64,000 nt of DNA from Octopus sinensis (Eukaryota), in contig NC_042998.1 in NCBI RefSeq assembly GCF_006345805.1, positions 120,466,001-120,530,000 on the forward strand, given 5' to 3'. Below are positions 1-15,664 of the stretch, piece after piece. The translations under genes and the position numbers were made by a program. The first letter of the stretch is position 1, and every line of letters starts with the position of its first letter. A model generated the notes under the pieces. It was not told the origin of the DNA. It saw only the letters and a program-made list of their open reading frames with translations, and made no database searches.

Positions 1-1174
1 CAATATCTATATATATATATATATATATATATATGATTAAAAAAACTCTATTCAATTCATTGTTTATAACAACTGTAGTTATACTTGTATTCATATAGAA
101 TATGCTTTGGTTTGCCATGATGAAAATATAAATTTTTTCATTTGTCAAACTTCTTTTGTGTCAATGAATATTGAAGTTAGAATTTCTTGATAAAATGTTA
201 CAGTATTGCACATGTCAAGCTGATTTGTTTTGGGTTAAATGGAAACATTATTGATTTTCTTCCGCTGCTTATAAGCTTTGAATGGACACAGTGGGAATTT
301 TATCTGTGTATTGTTGTTCACTTGTTGCTACTCTTTCCCACAACAGTACTCCTTGCACCTGTTATTTATCTCCTTTCAATGTCTCTCTACTGTGAGAGAC
401 ATTTACTCTTATCTGTGATTATCTTCATTTTGTGAATTGATAAGGGTGCCTCCATACAGTCACTTGGCCCACTAGAAGCAGCAGCCATATCTACCTGAAA
501 TCATAACCTTCTATATTTTAAAAGGGACACATTGTATAATGATATTGTCATAGATATCCTATGTCAGAAAACTAAATCAGTGTTTTCCTGGTCGGAAAAC
601 CTTTGATCACTGTTTTGTTCACCAAACAGCTACGATAACAGCGTTATGCTTCTTCTATGTTCTCCACTGTTACCCCCTCTCTCATTCTCTCACTCACTGG
701 TCGTAAGATATTCAGTCTAGCAGTGAAGATTCAGCACCACTGTTGTTCTCAGGTGTCTGTAGGAGTCTTCAGCCATCAATGTAATCTACTTGGCACCGGT
801 ACATGGAAAAGGAAATACACACCTCCTAGGTAGCTGCTTTATTTATTTTTACTTTCCTTACACACATTGCAATGCTTGTGTATGTATGTATGTATGTATG
901 TGTATGAGTATGTATGGGATTTTTATTTTTTATTGTTTTATTTTAAATTTTTGTGTATGTGTGTATGTTTCAGTAAAAATATGTATGTTTGTATGTATGA
1001 TAAGATACCCCCAGTCTTCACTGTAAGATATACACAGTGCCAGAGTTTGCCAGTATTATGTTCTGGAGGGTGACCTGACAATCCATCAAACTCATGCCAG
1101 CATGAAAGAATGGACATAATATCATGATGATGGTGTGTGTGTGTATACCTATGTCTGTCTGTCTTCATAAATAA

Positions 1175-1223
<49 letters not shown>

Positions 1224-2118
1224 TAATATAGCTGTATGTATATATTGTATGTTGTGAGTTACATCACCACTCCTCTCAACTCCAATTTGTTTATCAGCAA
1301 CTCAGTGCTGTTGTGATTTTCTGAATCTAAATATTTATGGCGTCTGTTTGCTAAATGTCTGTTCTGGGACATTATTCTGCCTGCTGTAGTTACAAACAAG
1401 GTTTTACTGTACACTTATTTAGATGGTAGCTTGCAGAATATTAACACAAGTTTCGAAAAACAAACTAAAAGTGATTATTTAAACAAATTCATCTGCTTGT
1501 GTGTTATACACATGTACACATGAGCTTATATCTATATGTATATATATATATAATATATATATATGTATACATATAGGCATACACACACACATAAATATGC
1601 ATTTGTTAATTTGTATATTCATACACTTTCAGATACAAGGTGATTATGCTATCAAATATTTTTCTTATGAACATGTGTCTATATTTATTTTGCTTTATAT
1701 CATTAATAGTTTTAATTACTTATCAATAATTTTCACCTTTAAAAAATGCTTTTGGTTGTTACTCTATGTTAAATATAAGCCTGAGTTAAATGACATGATG
1801 ATGATTTACTGTGAGGTTCAATATTTTGGAATTTCACATATAATCAATAAATGATAATAATCCAGCATGGTACACACTCTCAATAATTCTACTGTAAATC
1901 TTACCAGTTCCTTTTACTGTGTTGTTATCTCTCTCTCTCTCCCTCTGTTCCTCACACACACACACACACATGCACATTTCACTATGAAGCAACAAAGGAA
2001 CAGTTATGTGGTTTCTTAATACACCAGAAATGACACTTGTATCATGTTTGAATAACATCCTACCAGTTTAAGAAAAGATATGATATATTATTACTAAATA
2101 AATTGATCCTGAAATAAA

Positions 2119-2435
2119 GTGGCTACATAGTAAGACACTTGCTTCCCAACCACGTGGCCTAGGGTTCAGTCCTACTGCATGGCACCTTGGGCAAGTGTAT
2201 TTGAGCCGACCAAAGCCTTGTGAGTGGATTTGGTAGACAGAAACTGAAAGAAGCCCATTATATGTATGTGTGTGTGTGTATGTATGTATGTGTGTGTGTG
2301 TGTATACACACACACACGTGTGTTTCTAGGCTTTTAAAAAAAATAAGTACTGGAGTCAATACATTCAACTAAAAAATTCTTCAAAGTGGTGCCCCAGCAT
2401 GGCCACAGTCAAATGACTGGAACAAGTAAAAAGAT
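2119..2435 (+). mobile_element. tRNA-derived SINE with internal (TG)n
   Basis: gcttcccaaccac..ggttcagtcc..gaccaaagccttgtgagtggatttggtagac..aactgaaagaagccc body, with related copies at about 4225, 11395, 21930, 25810, 42470 and 55060. Tail ccagcatggccacagtcaaatgact..acaagtaaaa recurs at about 7545, 14440 and 55345. Confidence 0.75.
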
Positions 2436-2949
2436 GCTTTATTGCTGGAATATCATTGATCTATGATGAGCACTGAACTGGGGGGTTAAACTAAACAAAC
2501 CTATCAACATGCAGCGTACTTAAACTTTTTGATATTTCCCTTAGATTTAAATTTATTTTTAGTTTCTCTATTTCCTTCAATAAATACTCTTATATTTCAG
2601 TGAATGATATGATAAAATATTTTTAATAATATCATTTCTTTAGTATTCCCACTACTATTACAATTTAATTCATATTTATTCATCTTTTTAGTTGAATATT
2701 TTAGAAATTCCCCCAAATTCTTGTAATCTAATTTTCCTAATCTTAGTAATCACACATTATCTCTTCAAATCATACAATTCATTTCTATTTAGCCATCATA
2801 ATTATTTATCTCTTTCCAAGACGTAAAATGTTTTTTTCTCTCTCTAATAATAATTCCAGTGTGTAAAGCTTGTCAGTTACTTTATACTGTGTTTTTCTCT
2901 CTCTCTTTCTCTCTGCATACACACACACGCACACACACACGCACACACA

Positions 2950-2991
<42 letters not shown>

Positions 2992-5900
2992 CCTTGAGCT
3001 ATGATTGATCTTAAGAGTGGTCTTTGTTAGTTCTTATGCATTATACATTGTCCTAAGAAACGTTTAAATGTCAAAATATATCTGAAGACAACCAAAGATC
3101 ATATCAATGGAACCCCGATGTTGATAAATGAGGAAAAAAGATAAAATAGTTGTTGTTCACTGAAACCTGCAAACATTGCAATACATGTAGTATTCAGGAA
3201 CATGTGGTGCAAATAACCATCCTAGTGTTGAATCATTTGTAGGGAGGGAACAGACAGCATGTAGTGGGAGGAGAGAATATTCAAGAAATTTCTATTGAAA
3301 AACTGAAATTCGAAAATTTATAACTGATAATTAGGAAATAAATACTGCTGTTTCCATAGAAAAATTGACTGACAAATATTTCCAACTGTGAGAAGTAGTT
3401 GAGTGATGATTAGCAGAAGGAAAGTGTATTCAGCGATTAAAAAAAAAATGAAAAAGAAATGGCTCTAACAAATAAACAATCACACCCATACTGGCAGGAA
3501 GAAAATTGATATAGAACAGGAATGAGAGAAATGAGGGGATGATTCCATGATTTTTGGTGGTGGTACTTCACACCCCCAGATATTATCAAATTATCAGAAA
3601 AGGCTTGATGTGTTACTTTTATAACTTGTGTATTCAGTCAGGTTGCCACAGACACATTCCACAGCTTTTCTACAAATATTGCTTAATCCCTTTGAAACCA
3701 AACCATGTGAGGTTACCTGTACTAAAGTGTTATGCTCATATTTAAACCAAAATATGATTGTATAAACCTCTTTTATCAAACCCCTCCAAATTCTTGATTA
3801 TATTGAAAATCAATTAAAAGACTTCAGCAATCTACTTAGTAGTATAATCACAAAAGGGTTATCTCACTGGCCCTATTTCTTACAAGAATGAATTGCCAGT
3901 ACATTTAATCCTTTTGTTACCATATTATTGTTGAAATTCATTGCTTTTGTTTCATTTAATTTTGAAAATAATGAAGAATTTAGTAAAACAACATTTCTGT
4001 TGTTAAGCTGGTGTTTAGAACATAAATTGGCATGTAATTTTGATGGACAGTTTTAATTTAGATCCCTTTTAAACAGGAAGCTTACAAGCTTATAGAACCA
4101 GTGGTAGTTTCAAAGCTTTTATACCTACTAGGCAGGTTGGTATAAAAATGATTAAATTAATTGCCAGAACACTTGAGAATTTGGAAAAGATGAATAAGTA
4201 AAATCATTATTACTGTATTAAAGCACAGGTATAGCTATGTAGTTAGGAAGTTTGCTTCCAAACCACATGGCTTCTGGTTCAGTCCCACTGTGTGGCACCT
4301 TGCTAAGTGTCTCCTTCTGTATCTCTAGGTTGACCAAAGCCTTGTGAGTGGATTTGGTAGATGAAGCCTATCATGTGTGTGTTTGTCTCCTTTGTGTCCT
4401 TCATTTCCAGAATGCTGCAAAAATATGTCTGGCTAAAGGAAAATATTATTTTGCTTGAAAACAGGTGAGGATTGGCAACGAGAAGGGCATCTGGCCATAG
4501 AAATTGGTTCGATAAATTCTACCCAACCCATGCAAGCATGAAAAATGAATTTTAAAATGATAATGATGTTGGAAATACGTTGATGTTTGATATATAATTT
4601 AACTAATAGTTCTTGTGTAAAATTATGATGTAAGTTTAGCCAACAGAAATCTCAATATCATTGATGTAATTATGAAATTTTGTTTGGGATTTTGATCAAA
4701 ATATTTTGTATGAAAAGGTAAATGGGACCTTGGATTGGCTGGCATTAGAAGGGTTAATGTCTTCAGTAATGTAACTACATTGAATCTTTTGCAAGACAGC
4801 TTTGTTTTTATTATATAATGGTGATACATTGAATAAAACTAAATTAGCAGTCCTTTGAACCCAAAGCAATTAATCAAATTAAGAATTGTCTGGAACATTA
4901 AAATTGATTAAAAACAGTAACAATTCTGAAACTGTAGAAACTTTAATTGCAAGTTTGTGTAGTTTTAGTTCAACAATTTTAACTGCAACTGTCTTTCTCT
5001 CACCTTCATAATAACACTTTGCTACTAACAGTAATTTGACTAATCTGTCATATGTTGGTTAATTAATTAAACTTTCTTATGTCTGCAACTGCAGTTTAGT
5101 ATCTCTCCCCATTGCAGTATTTCAAATCAAAGTGTCTAAGAAGTCATTGACTAAAATTAGCTTTTTAGCTCTTGCAAATTATTTAGTAGGAAAATATGAG
5201 CCTGTTGATGGAGTAGATAATGTCAGACTTAGTGTCAAGCAGTATTTTGTCATAGCTTTTGTGAAGCTTTAAATTCAATTCCCACCAAAAATTCTTATTT
5301 CAATGATCCTTCTGAGATCATTAAAATGTTTATTATTATAACCAGTCTATCAATGAAGTTGATTAAATTGATTGTTCTCCTTTCTAAAATATGTGGCCTT
5401 CTGCCTATGTTAGATATTCTTCCTGTTGTTGTTGTTCAAGGAATTTCTCTTTAAAGCCAGGCCTATTGTCAATACTTACAATCTTCATTTCTGTGAGAAA
5501 CTTGCTCTTTTTTGTAATAGCATTGATAGTGTTGGTCATCTGTGATCAACAGAACCAAGGTACAGATAACTGGCTGAATAACTACAAGTGGTTCATAAAT
5601 TAGCAGTTCCAGGTATTCCTTGCCAGTACCTAACTACATGGTGCATGCTGACAAACTTCAATTGTGTGGTATGGAGTATGACACACTGGACATGTTTTCT
5701 GTCCACTATCCAGTCTATTTCTTGCACCTGCTGATTGTGGTGGTAGTGTTGCTATTTAGCCTCAGGTCAGTTTGATGCAGCAAATTTGTGATTAAAAGTG
5801 TTGAAGTCATGCCTATCCGGTTTTTCTGTTTTTCCTCCCAGTAAAAGTGTCCTATCTTTATATCTTAGCTTGAGGAGAAGGCAGTGTTCATGATCCTTTT

Positions 5901-7717
5901 AAGAGCATCTGTCATTGGTGAATGGAAATTACTTCAGGCAGAAGTCCTGGCCTAAATGCTTGCTACAGTATGAACTCCACTAAAGGTGCTCAAGGGGCAT
6001 GGTAGTTATGTTAAATTGTGCAGTGGTTTAAGTCTCATTTCAAAGAACTTCACACAGTCTCTATCTCTATAAATTTCATTTGAAAGACTACAGTTGCCTT
6101 GAGATTATGATCAAAGACATTTAGCCCAATAGCACTGTAAATTGAACCTGAAACCACTTAGTCTGAACCTCTTAGCCATATGGTTAAGACTAACTGGCAC
6201 TTAATTCTTTTGACATATGAAAGATAAAGTTGACCCTGGCAAAATTTTAAGTCAGAATATAAACAGTAAGGCAACCACAAATTTTGTTGTCCAGTCCGTA
6301 CCTTGTTATTCCTTTCTACAGTTGTTCATTTATACTCATTCCTGATCAAGTATACCTTTAATCAAAGGCATGCCTTGCATGTCTAGGACTACTCTTTTCA
6401 AGACACTAAAGTGCCATTTGATGGAAAATTGGTTGCTATTTCTAACTAGTTAAGAAGTGGCCACATAGTGATTCTCTTATTGTTGTGTTCTCTTGCCATC
6501 ATCATAGTGCTGTTGTGAAGATAATTCCATTTAGTGTATCCTTCCAAACATCGACTGGTTTTTTGCTATACCACATCTTGATTTTCATCCCTTCATCCCC
6601 AACACCTTTTCTTGAAAGAAGGAAACCCTGATAGTTAAAATTATCTGTTGAATGTTATTCTGTTAGATTTTTTTTATTGATGACAAATTGCAAGTGTACT
6701 TAGTGATCTGATCTTGGGTTTGTTAAGAATGTCATGCTGAGTTTCAAGCTAGATAACAACTTCTTGATTGTGTGTTACTGTTCATATGTCCGTATGCAGT
6801 ACTTGTATACTGTTCTATATATACGTTTGTCTGTGTAAACAATTATGTTTCCCAGTCATTTAAGTTGGCGTTGCTTTGGTTAGTGTCTGATAAGTCATAT
6901 CAGTTTCAGAAAGGTGTGTATGTTTTCCTATCAGAAAGGTATGAAGACCACGGTTTCAAATGGGCTTCCATATGTATGTGAGATTTATTATTGTCTCTTG
7001 TTCAGTTCTTCTTCTGATGTATTCAGTGACTCTGCCTGAGAACTAACTGTAGCACTTATTACCTTCTATGTACATGTGATACAGTTGTTTGACAAAATAT
7101 TGTCTATTAGTTCAAATTTAATTATTCAGTAATTCTGGTATATTAAGTCAGTAAATTGTAGTTAATTTAATTCTAGCAGTGTTTTTCATATAATCAAAAC
7201 TAAATGATTTATCTGTTTGTATTGAAGGTCAACCAATGACCTTGTAAACCTGTTCCCTTTTTGTTTTCTTTTTCCCTTGAATGATATATTTGGAGACAAA
7301 TGTCTTACTGTATTGGGGCACATCTTTAAATTCTAAATCCATCCATCCCACTTCTTGCCCAGTTTTGACTTTCATTGACTGAATTCAGAAAAGTGCTGGG
7401 AACAAGCAAATTGACTGTACCCCTCTCCCACTAAAGTTGTGTCTACTGCATCACCTGTAACTTAGTGGTTTGGCAAAAGAGACCGAAAGAATAAGTACTA
7501 GGCTTATAAGCCCTGGAGTTGATTTGTTTGACTAAAGGTAGTGCTCCAGCATGACCACAGTCAAATGACAACAAATAAAAGAATAAATCAGACTTACAAA
7601 TTTCCCAATAAACAAGTGGTCATATTATTTTCACTTTTTCATATAAATCAACCCTTGTCTGCGTGTATGGATTATGTTGTAGTTATGTGTGTAGACACAT
7701 GTGGGCATGTACATATA

Positions 7718-7748
<31 letters not shown>

Positions 7749-9442
7749 GCAACTGTGTGTGTGTGTGTGTGTGTGCACACACACACATGTGTACAGTGAT
7801 GGATTTGAGTGTTTCATTTATTTACGACTTGATTTCTTAATTTCACTGGAATATATATACCTATAATGGTGGTACTTAAAAAAAGAAAAAAAAAATTATT
7901 CAGTTCAGTTAAAAAGCATGGATAAGCAATGCATTGTAAGCCACTCTTATCTGCAAAAAATCTTATCTGCACACAGGGTATGCATCGCCCCCCCCCCCCC
8001 CCAAAAAAAATAAGGTGGTTTTTTTCCCATTTCTTCTGTACCTTCTTTTGTACCAAGTTCTCATCTTTTGCTATCACGCTATTATCTGAGATATTATACA
8101 TGGTTAGTGTCTCGTGAATAGATCGTGTTGATTTTTTTTCTACCTCAAATTGGTATTTGTAATGTCTAATAGCATTCTTATTAAAAATCTTTATAGTTCA
8201 TTTATAATCACCTGAACTTTGTAAATTGCAGTTCATCTAAGTTTTATACTCTATACTATATTAGATTACACGCATTGCAAAAAATCAACTCAGAGGCCAA
8301 CAAAACGTACAAGGAACACATCTCACAGCTGTGATATGGTTTAAATTTCTTGACAATTACCAAGACACACCATCTTAAAATACTCTCTCCCCGGTTATAA
8401 TTGATCTCAAATTTCAAATTTTGGCACAAGGCCAGCAAGTTCAGGGCAGTGAGTAAGTCAATTACATCAACTCCAGTGTTCAACTGGTGCATCCCTGAAA
8501 GAATGAAAGGTAAAATCAACCTCAACAGAATTTGAACTCAGACCATGAAAACAGATGAAATGCCTATAAGCGTTTTGCCCAGCAAGCTAATGATTCTGCC
8601 AGTTTGCCAAACACCAAAATTGCTGCAATGTAATCTCACTGTATTCAAAGTATACTGAATTGTCAACTACTATGAACTCTAGTGCTATCAGATTTGTCAA
8701 TCAGTGAATAACCAAGTCTGCTACACTCCTATATATCCTCATTGTAACTATTTGTCTCAGTTCATGACTGTCACCACACTGCCCCATCTCTTGGTTCTCA
8801 CTACACTACTCCACCTCCTGGCTATCACTATGCTTTTATATGTCTTTACTGTTCCTTTGTGCACTGCACGAGGAAGCACTATGAAATGCAAATATGATCT
8901 CACATGAGACTGAAGCACAACATAGCTGACATAATGGGCATGTTGTTTAACCCTTTTGTTATTATATCTCTGTTGAAATGCACCCTCTTCGAATATTTTA
9001 AAAATTAATGAAGAATAAAGTAATACACACACAATAGATATATATGCACTTACTTGTGATACTTATGAGAAATAGAGACAGATGTATAAAAAAAATAGAT
9101 AAGTAAATAAATATATAAATAGATAAATATATGAATATATAGATATATCTGCCACATGCCTGTGATAAATGTAAAACAGAGACAGATAATATAAATAAAA
9201 CTATATAAAGGGCATGGATATATATGAAGCAAACCCATACGCACAAACACACATGAAACCTCATGGATGACCATATGATGTCAACAACACAACTAATACA
9301 ATCAGCTGCAGCAGTGGTGCCGATGATGGCAACAACAACTACCACAATGGCAACACTGTGAATGAACACACATACACATACACAAAGGAATACAAGAACT
9401 GTACCTTTTTGTTTTTCTTCTCTGGTCTTAGGACAGCAGCAG

Positions 9443-9543
9443 AAAATTTCATGTTATCAGGTTAATAAAGACAAAGATATTTTGCTTTATTGTTGTATTT
9501 CAGGGTGGTCATTTTATTTTATTTTTTTCCTAATAAACACATG

Positions 9544-9588
<45 letters not shown>

Positions 9589-10166
9589 CAAGGAAAAATT
9601 GTAAAAAGGCAGAATGCTAAATTGAAAGAAAATTTTAATGGAAAAGTTTTTGAAAAATTGATAAAATATATATATATATTAATTCGCCTCGACAGAGTCC
9701 CGCGTCGTTATTTTTCATATATATATTCTTCACTCATTTATTACTGTTATTTTAATGCCCGTCCATTATCCTGAAATCTTTCGTCACACATCTGTGATCT
9801 CCATTCTGTTCTTCTATGATGTGTCTCCTTATGTGCACATGCGTTTATATCCTTGTTTTTGTGTATGTTTGGGGCTGAGGAGAACACACACACAAGCATA
9901 TGCAGATACAAACAAGGACACAAACGCATGCTCACATAAGGATACTCATCTTAGAAGAACAGAATGGAGGTTACAGATGTGTGACGAAAGATTTCCAGAC
10001 AATGGACGAGCATTGAAATAACAGTAATAAATGAGTGGAGAACATATATATATAGTGCATTTGTTTATTTGGAAAAAAAAAATAATAATAAATAAAATGA
10101 CCACCCTGAAATACAGCAATAAAGTAAAATAACTTTGTCTTTATTAAGCTGATAACATGAAATTTT
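9443..10166. repeat. Large imperfect foldback (inverted repeat)
   Basis: 9443-~9560 is the reverse complement of ~10040-10166, and 9719-9871 of 9893-10050. Spacer about 21 bp. The left arm is interrupted by about 130 bp between (TA)n runs. Confidence 0.92.
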
Positions 10167-12559
10167 AATGGGAAATATGAATTTAGATCACTTTAAACCA
10201 GAAAGTTTGTCTGATAGAACTAGGGGTGATGCTCTCAGTTGGGTTGGTATCAAAAGGGTAGTGTTAACTTTGAAGGTTCTATTGAATGATAAGGACATCT
10301 ACCTTTTGTGTATCACATACTACTTAACTCAAGAAAAGTTCATCTTAAAGAGAGGGATTGAATCAGTGGTCCTAAATTAAGCGTTAAGGTGGGAGAATGA
10401 GGAGAAGAGTGAGAGAGAGAGAGAGAGAGAGCTGAGCAGAAGCTATAATTAGAGTGAGGGAATGTGTAATGTTAGATAATAAGAATACAAGTGACTGAAC
10501 ATTGAGTTAATGGAATTAACTGTTTAATTGTAAGGGTGTTGTCAGTGTCAATTCCAGAATGTTTAGAAGTTGTATTATGCTGATATGTTAGTTATAATGG
10601 AATGAATGAACACTTGGGTGGTAGGTAGAATTTTATTTGCTCAAAATAGCTTTGTTAGTTTGTTGAGTGAAATAACAACAGGACAGTGACTTTTACACTT
10701 AGAAAGGTCTTGTCTGTTTTCACATATGTTTATCATGGTTGATAGTGGTTGTCACTGGTTGTTTAGACCCAAATTGGCTCTTCAAAATGATCTATGATGA
10801 AAGGCATTTCAGCCATAACCATCATGCTGGCTTTTTAATGTCTAGAACTACGTTGTACAATGTATCATATCTTTTGTAAGATAGGGTATGATTTCAGGGA
10901 AATTTTACTTGTATTTCTAACAGATCAAGGAAATAAGTTGAAGCTCTCTCATTGACTTACAGTTCCTGCTGGTAGGAGTGACAAGTGATTTGATTGGTTG
11001 TTTGTGTACCTAATATCAAGAATGGGTTGTGTGTACTGGATGTCACTGAATGGCGTGGAAATGGGAGTGGATAGCATCTAGGTGAATTACATGTACCTGT
11101 TAACATATGTAAACTATATGGAATACAATTTATATATAATGGGTACTATAGTGTTTTTGGTATGCTGAAAAATACAAGTATCTTAGTGAAGGATCTATTG
11201 AGTTGAAGTGTGTTTTATCTAAGTTTATAAAAATACTTTATCTAATAAAATAAAGCAATATATATAGGATTGTCATTTAAAAGGCAAACATCCTTAGTTT
11301 TTATCAAGTTATTTCATGCTGGTTGGTAGGGGTAATTAAGTTTAAGCAGTTGAAAGTATAAAGGTTGTTGGCGAAAATATCAGTATAAGAGCAGACATAG
11401 CTGTGTGGTCAAGAAGCTCGCTGAACCTGAAACCCACTGATTTCATGTGGCACCATGGGCAAAGGTCTTTTTATAGTTCCAGGTCAACCAAAGCCTTGTG
11501 AGTGAATATAGTGAACAAAATTGCTAACTATATATATTTGTGTGTTTGCTCCCCACTCCACTACTTGACAACCATTATTGGTTTGTTTACATCCCCAGAC
11601 AAACTGAAAGAAGGCTATCCGCTCTCTTTCTCATAGTTTTCAAGATTGTAAAAGATTCAAATTCTGTCTAATAAGAGGAAAAAATTAGGTTTCAATTTTC
11701 TATTCAATAATTTAAAATAATGCTTCATGGACTAAGAAATTCTGAAGTAGTTTAGACATTGAGAAATAATTGATGATACAATAAGAACACGAAACTTAAC
11801 TAGTAATAATTCAATTACATTAAGCATTGTGAATACTTTGAGTGAAAGGTGGTTTTCCAACCCATCTAGAAAGAGCAGAAATGTACCATCTAGTCCATGC
11901 CAGCATGGAAAATGGGTGAAGAACATTAATGATGATGATGATTTTAATTCATCTGTTATTTCTACCGTAGAGATATATCTAATCTCCCTTTGCAGAAGTC
12001 ACAACACTTTTTAGTTACTGAATGTTTTAAGATAAGGTGCTGGTCCTACATGTTTCCTTCTTGAAAACTTACTTTTGAATAGCAATTCATTTTACCTTTC
12101 TCCTGACTTGGAATTATTCTAATGTGAGGATGTGTTAGAAATAATTCTCTGGAAAGACATTTACATAAAAGGGTAAATTGTTATTCTGCCAATCCTGATA
12201 TATATGCATCCCTGTCATATAAATGGTGCTACTTGCTTCCAATCTTCTATGAAAATATGTCTGATAGGTGAGAGAGGGCATCCAGCTATGAAAACCAACC
12301 TCAGGGGCATTAAAATGATGATGAAAATTATGAAGAGGTGGATGATGACGATTTGTTAGAGTGTCATACAAAATACCTTGCAATATTTGTTTTAGTTCTT
12401 GACAGTTTGAGATCAAATTTTACTGAGGCTAAGTGTGCTTTTCATTACACCAGAGTCAGTAAAATAAAGTATTAGTGAAGTGTTGGAATCATTGTAACTA
12501 ATCTAACCCCTCCTCTAAGTTGTACTAATATTTGGAACAAATTCCCTTTTTCTTCTATC

Positions 12560-12708
12560 ACCACCACCACCACCACTACTACTACTACTACTACCACCAC
12601 TACAACTACTACCACCACTACAACTACTACTACTACCACCACTACAACTACTACTACTACCACCACTACAACTACTACCACCACCACCACTACTACTACT
12701 ACTACTAA
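12560..12708. repeat. Compound (CAC/TAC/AAC)n trinucleotide microsatellite
   Basis: Directly visible; source of the poly-Val ORF. Confidence 0.95.
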
Positions 12709-13320
12709 CTATTTACTTGGGTCCATCTATATCTTGATTTAAAATGCTGTCAACATTAATTTTTCCTTTTATCCTTTGAGAGTGAATATGATTAATTAGA
12801 ATTGGTATAGATTAAATGAACTATAGTTGCCCTATACAAATTTATGGATTTGTGCTAAAGTAATATTGTAATTATTCAAAGGTTATGAGTTGCTAGAAAC
12901 TATAGACTGGATGAAATAATTTTCTGTTTAGTTTCATCCTGCTGAATTAGAGTCAAACATTCCAGATTTGATAAAATATAAACCTTTAAAATACTGAATT
13001 GCTTGCTTCTATAACACCGATTTTCACTCTGTGAAAATTGGTGTTATGTTTAAATATGAAATCACATAACCATACACCCCCCTCCACACACATAAGTTGT
13101 TGTTTTGTTTTTTTCTGCAAATGATTTATTCTGAGATTGACTATTTGTAACTGAAACACATACACACATATATACTGTTATATTTACTTCTGTTCATTTA
13201 TAAAGGTTTGATAATAAGTTATATATTAATGAGTATGAATTCTCTGCCTTGCAGTGATGTATACTATTAGTGAGCTGGTTGTAGATGTACTTGAAAAGTC
13301 TTCAGCATTTACTGAGTGGA

Positions 13321-13368
<48 letters not shown>

Positions 13369-13452
13369 TATATATAGATATATATATATATATATATATA
13401 AAGATATATAAAGATATATATATATATATATACACACATACATATACACACA

Positions 13453-13483
<31 letters not shown>

Positions 13484-13582
13484 CTATAAATATTATCACA
13501 AAGTAAATAATTAGCAGAACTGAATGTAAAAGTACATGTGTTTTTAAATAGCTACTACAACTCATGTGCATGTGCAATATAG

Positions 13583-13633
<51 letters not shown>

Positions 13634-13915
13634 TATGTATGTGTATCTACAGCTTTGTCTATAGATAGATTGATTGATTAAAATGCACATGCACACACAT
13701 TTTTTTTATCAATGTTTTCAGATTGTCTCAACCACATCATCAGGATAGGGGACAGTTTTGATTTCTGTGCTGCATCTTTTAAAATGGATGGTTTTAATTC
13801 ATCTAGACTTTGCTGTTAGGTTTTGACCATTACAGTTACATATCATTATTCACATGCTTGACCTTTTTTGACATGTGATCATTGTGTGTAGGAAGCCCCA
13901 TATGGTATAGATATA

Positions 13916-14082
13916 TCATCATCATCATCATCGTTTAACATCCGTTCTCCATGTTAGCATGGGTTGGACGGTTTGACTGGGGATCTGGGAAGCCAGAAGG
14001 CTGCACCAGGTTCCGGTCTTATCTGGCAATGTTTCTACAGCTGGATGCCCTTCCTAATGCCAACCACTCCGTGAGTGTAGTT
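13916..14082 (-). mobile_element. Minus-strand copy of the (ATG)n-tailed short retroposon
   Basis: catcatcatcgtttaacatccgttctccatgttagcatgggttggacgg...ctacagctggatgcccttcctaatgccaaccactcc. Confidence 0.8.
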
Positions 14083-14969
14083 ATGAAAGTTATAAACTTC
14101 ACAGATGACTACAGCACTCTCTTATAGGAAGAAGTTGCATGGATTGTTTTGTTTCTTGAAGGTGAGGAGAGGAAAGGTAGTATAGAAAAGATTGGAGCAG
14201 TTACAGAGTCAGAGTGTTGGGAAAGAGTTTTAGATGTACATCAATAGTATAGGAGGGCGGTTGAACAGTGAATGGTTTGGGCAAGGCCTTCCACCAAACA
14301 GGCATATCTTTAGTTAAGGAATTGGGCTTTTTTTTTTCTTTCTGCACTGGGATTCAAAATCCATATTGATGCAGCAAAGGCAACAAAGATGACAGAATTG
14401 GAAGATTTGTGTAGTAGATTTGATGTGAAGAAAAACGTGCTCCAGCATGGCCGCAGTCAAATGACTGAAACAAGTAAAAGAGTAAAAGAGAGTGGAGATA
14501 GGAATGGGTGTCAGGGGGTGTCAAGTGTATGGTGGTGAACAGGTGAATATTGTTGATAGTAAAGAAAATATCTGGGAAGCTAATGAAGGAATTTAACATA
14601 GTAAAGGTGAATTCTAGAACAGAGTGAAAGGAGCTTATATATAGTGATTTAGATATACAACTATAGATATATGTACTCACACATATGCATACATACACGT
14701 GTATATTTGTGTGTATATGTACACATGTTCATGCATGCACACACACACACACATGCAAACTCAAAACTCACTCTTATTCTTTTACCAGTTTCAATCATTG
14801 GTTAGCAACCATACTGACACACTGTCTTCAAGAATTTTATCAGTCAGATCAACCCAGTACTGCTCCTTTTTGACAAATCACTATGTTATGGGACATAAAA
14901 TAGCACAATATTGACAACACCAGTTCTAAATTACTTACACACAGATGTGTGTGCACACATACACATATA

Positions 14970-15027
<58 letters not shown>

Positions 15028-15065
15028 TTACACACACACACATATAAATATATAATATATATATA

Positions 15066-15116
<51 letters not shown>

Positions 15117-15629
15117 AACGTGTGTGTGTATGTATATAATGTATGTGTGTATACATATTCACACATCACACACATTATCATTGCTTTTACATCTGTTTTT
15201 TGCATGCTGGCATGATAATGGTGTGTGTGTGCATTTGTTATTATTTCATATCTTTTATTTCTCTTTCTCTTTAATAATTATTATGTTATATATTTATATA
15301 TTGTTACACTCCAAGAATTGAACTCCTTTACTACCTGTTACCATAGTGCTGAAAGACTACTAAAGTTTTTAGAAAGAAATATTCACCCAAATTCCATTAT
15401 ATCCATTCAACACTAACACTCTCAGCCCATATTTCTTGTTCTTTACACATATCTTCATTCCCTCATGTTTAAGCTCAAATTGCAAATGGTGATGGTGAGC
15501 GGGGTGGTTAAGATTATAAAGGGATTCTGTGTTGTAGCATTTCTTTCTCATTCACTCATTCTGCTATACTAAAACAGTGGTGGCAGATAAATAGTAGAAC
15601 TCCTGTAGCAAACAGCTGCTACATTCAGG

Positions 15630-15664
15630 TATAAATAGACATTATACAACCAGCAGACCATTCT
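15630..15664 (+). promoter_or_regulatory. Candidate internal core promoter (TATA + Inr)
   Basis: TATAAATAG at 15630-38. CCATTCT (YYANWYY) at 15658-64 has its A exactly 30 nt from the TATA start. E-box CAGCTG just upstream. About 550 nt 5' of the ATG at 16213. Confidence 0.4.
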
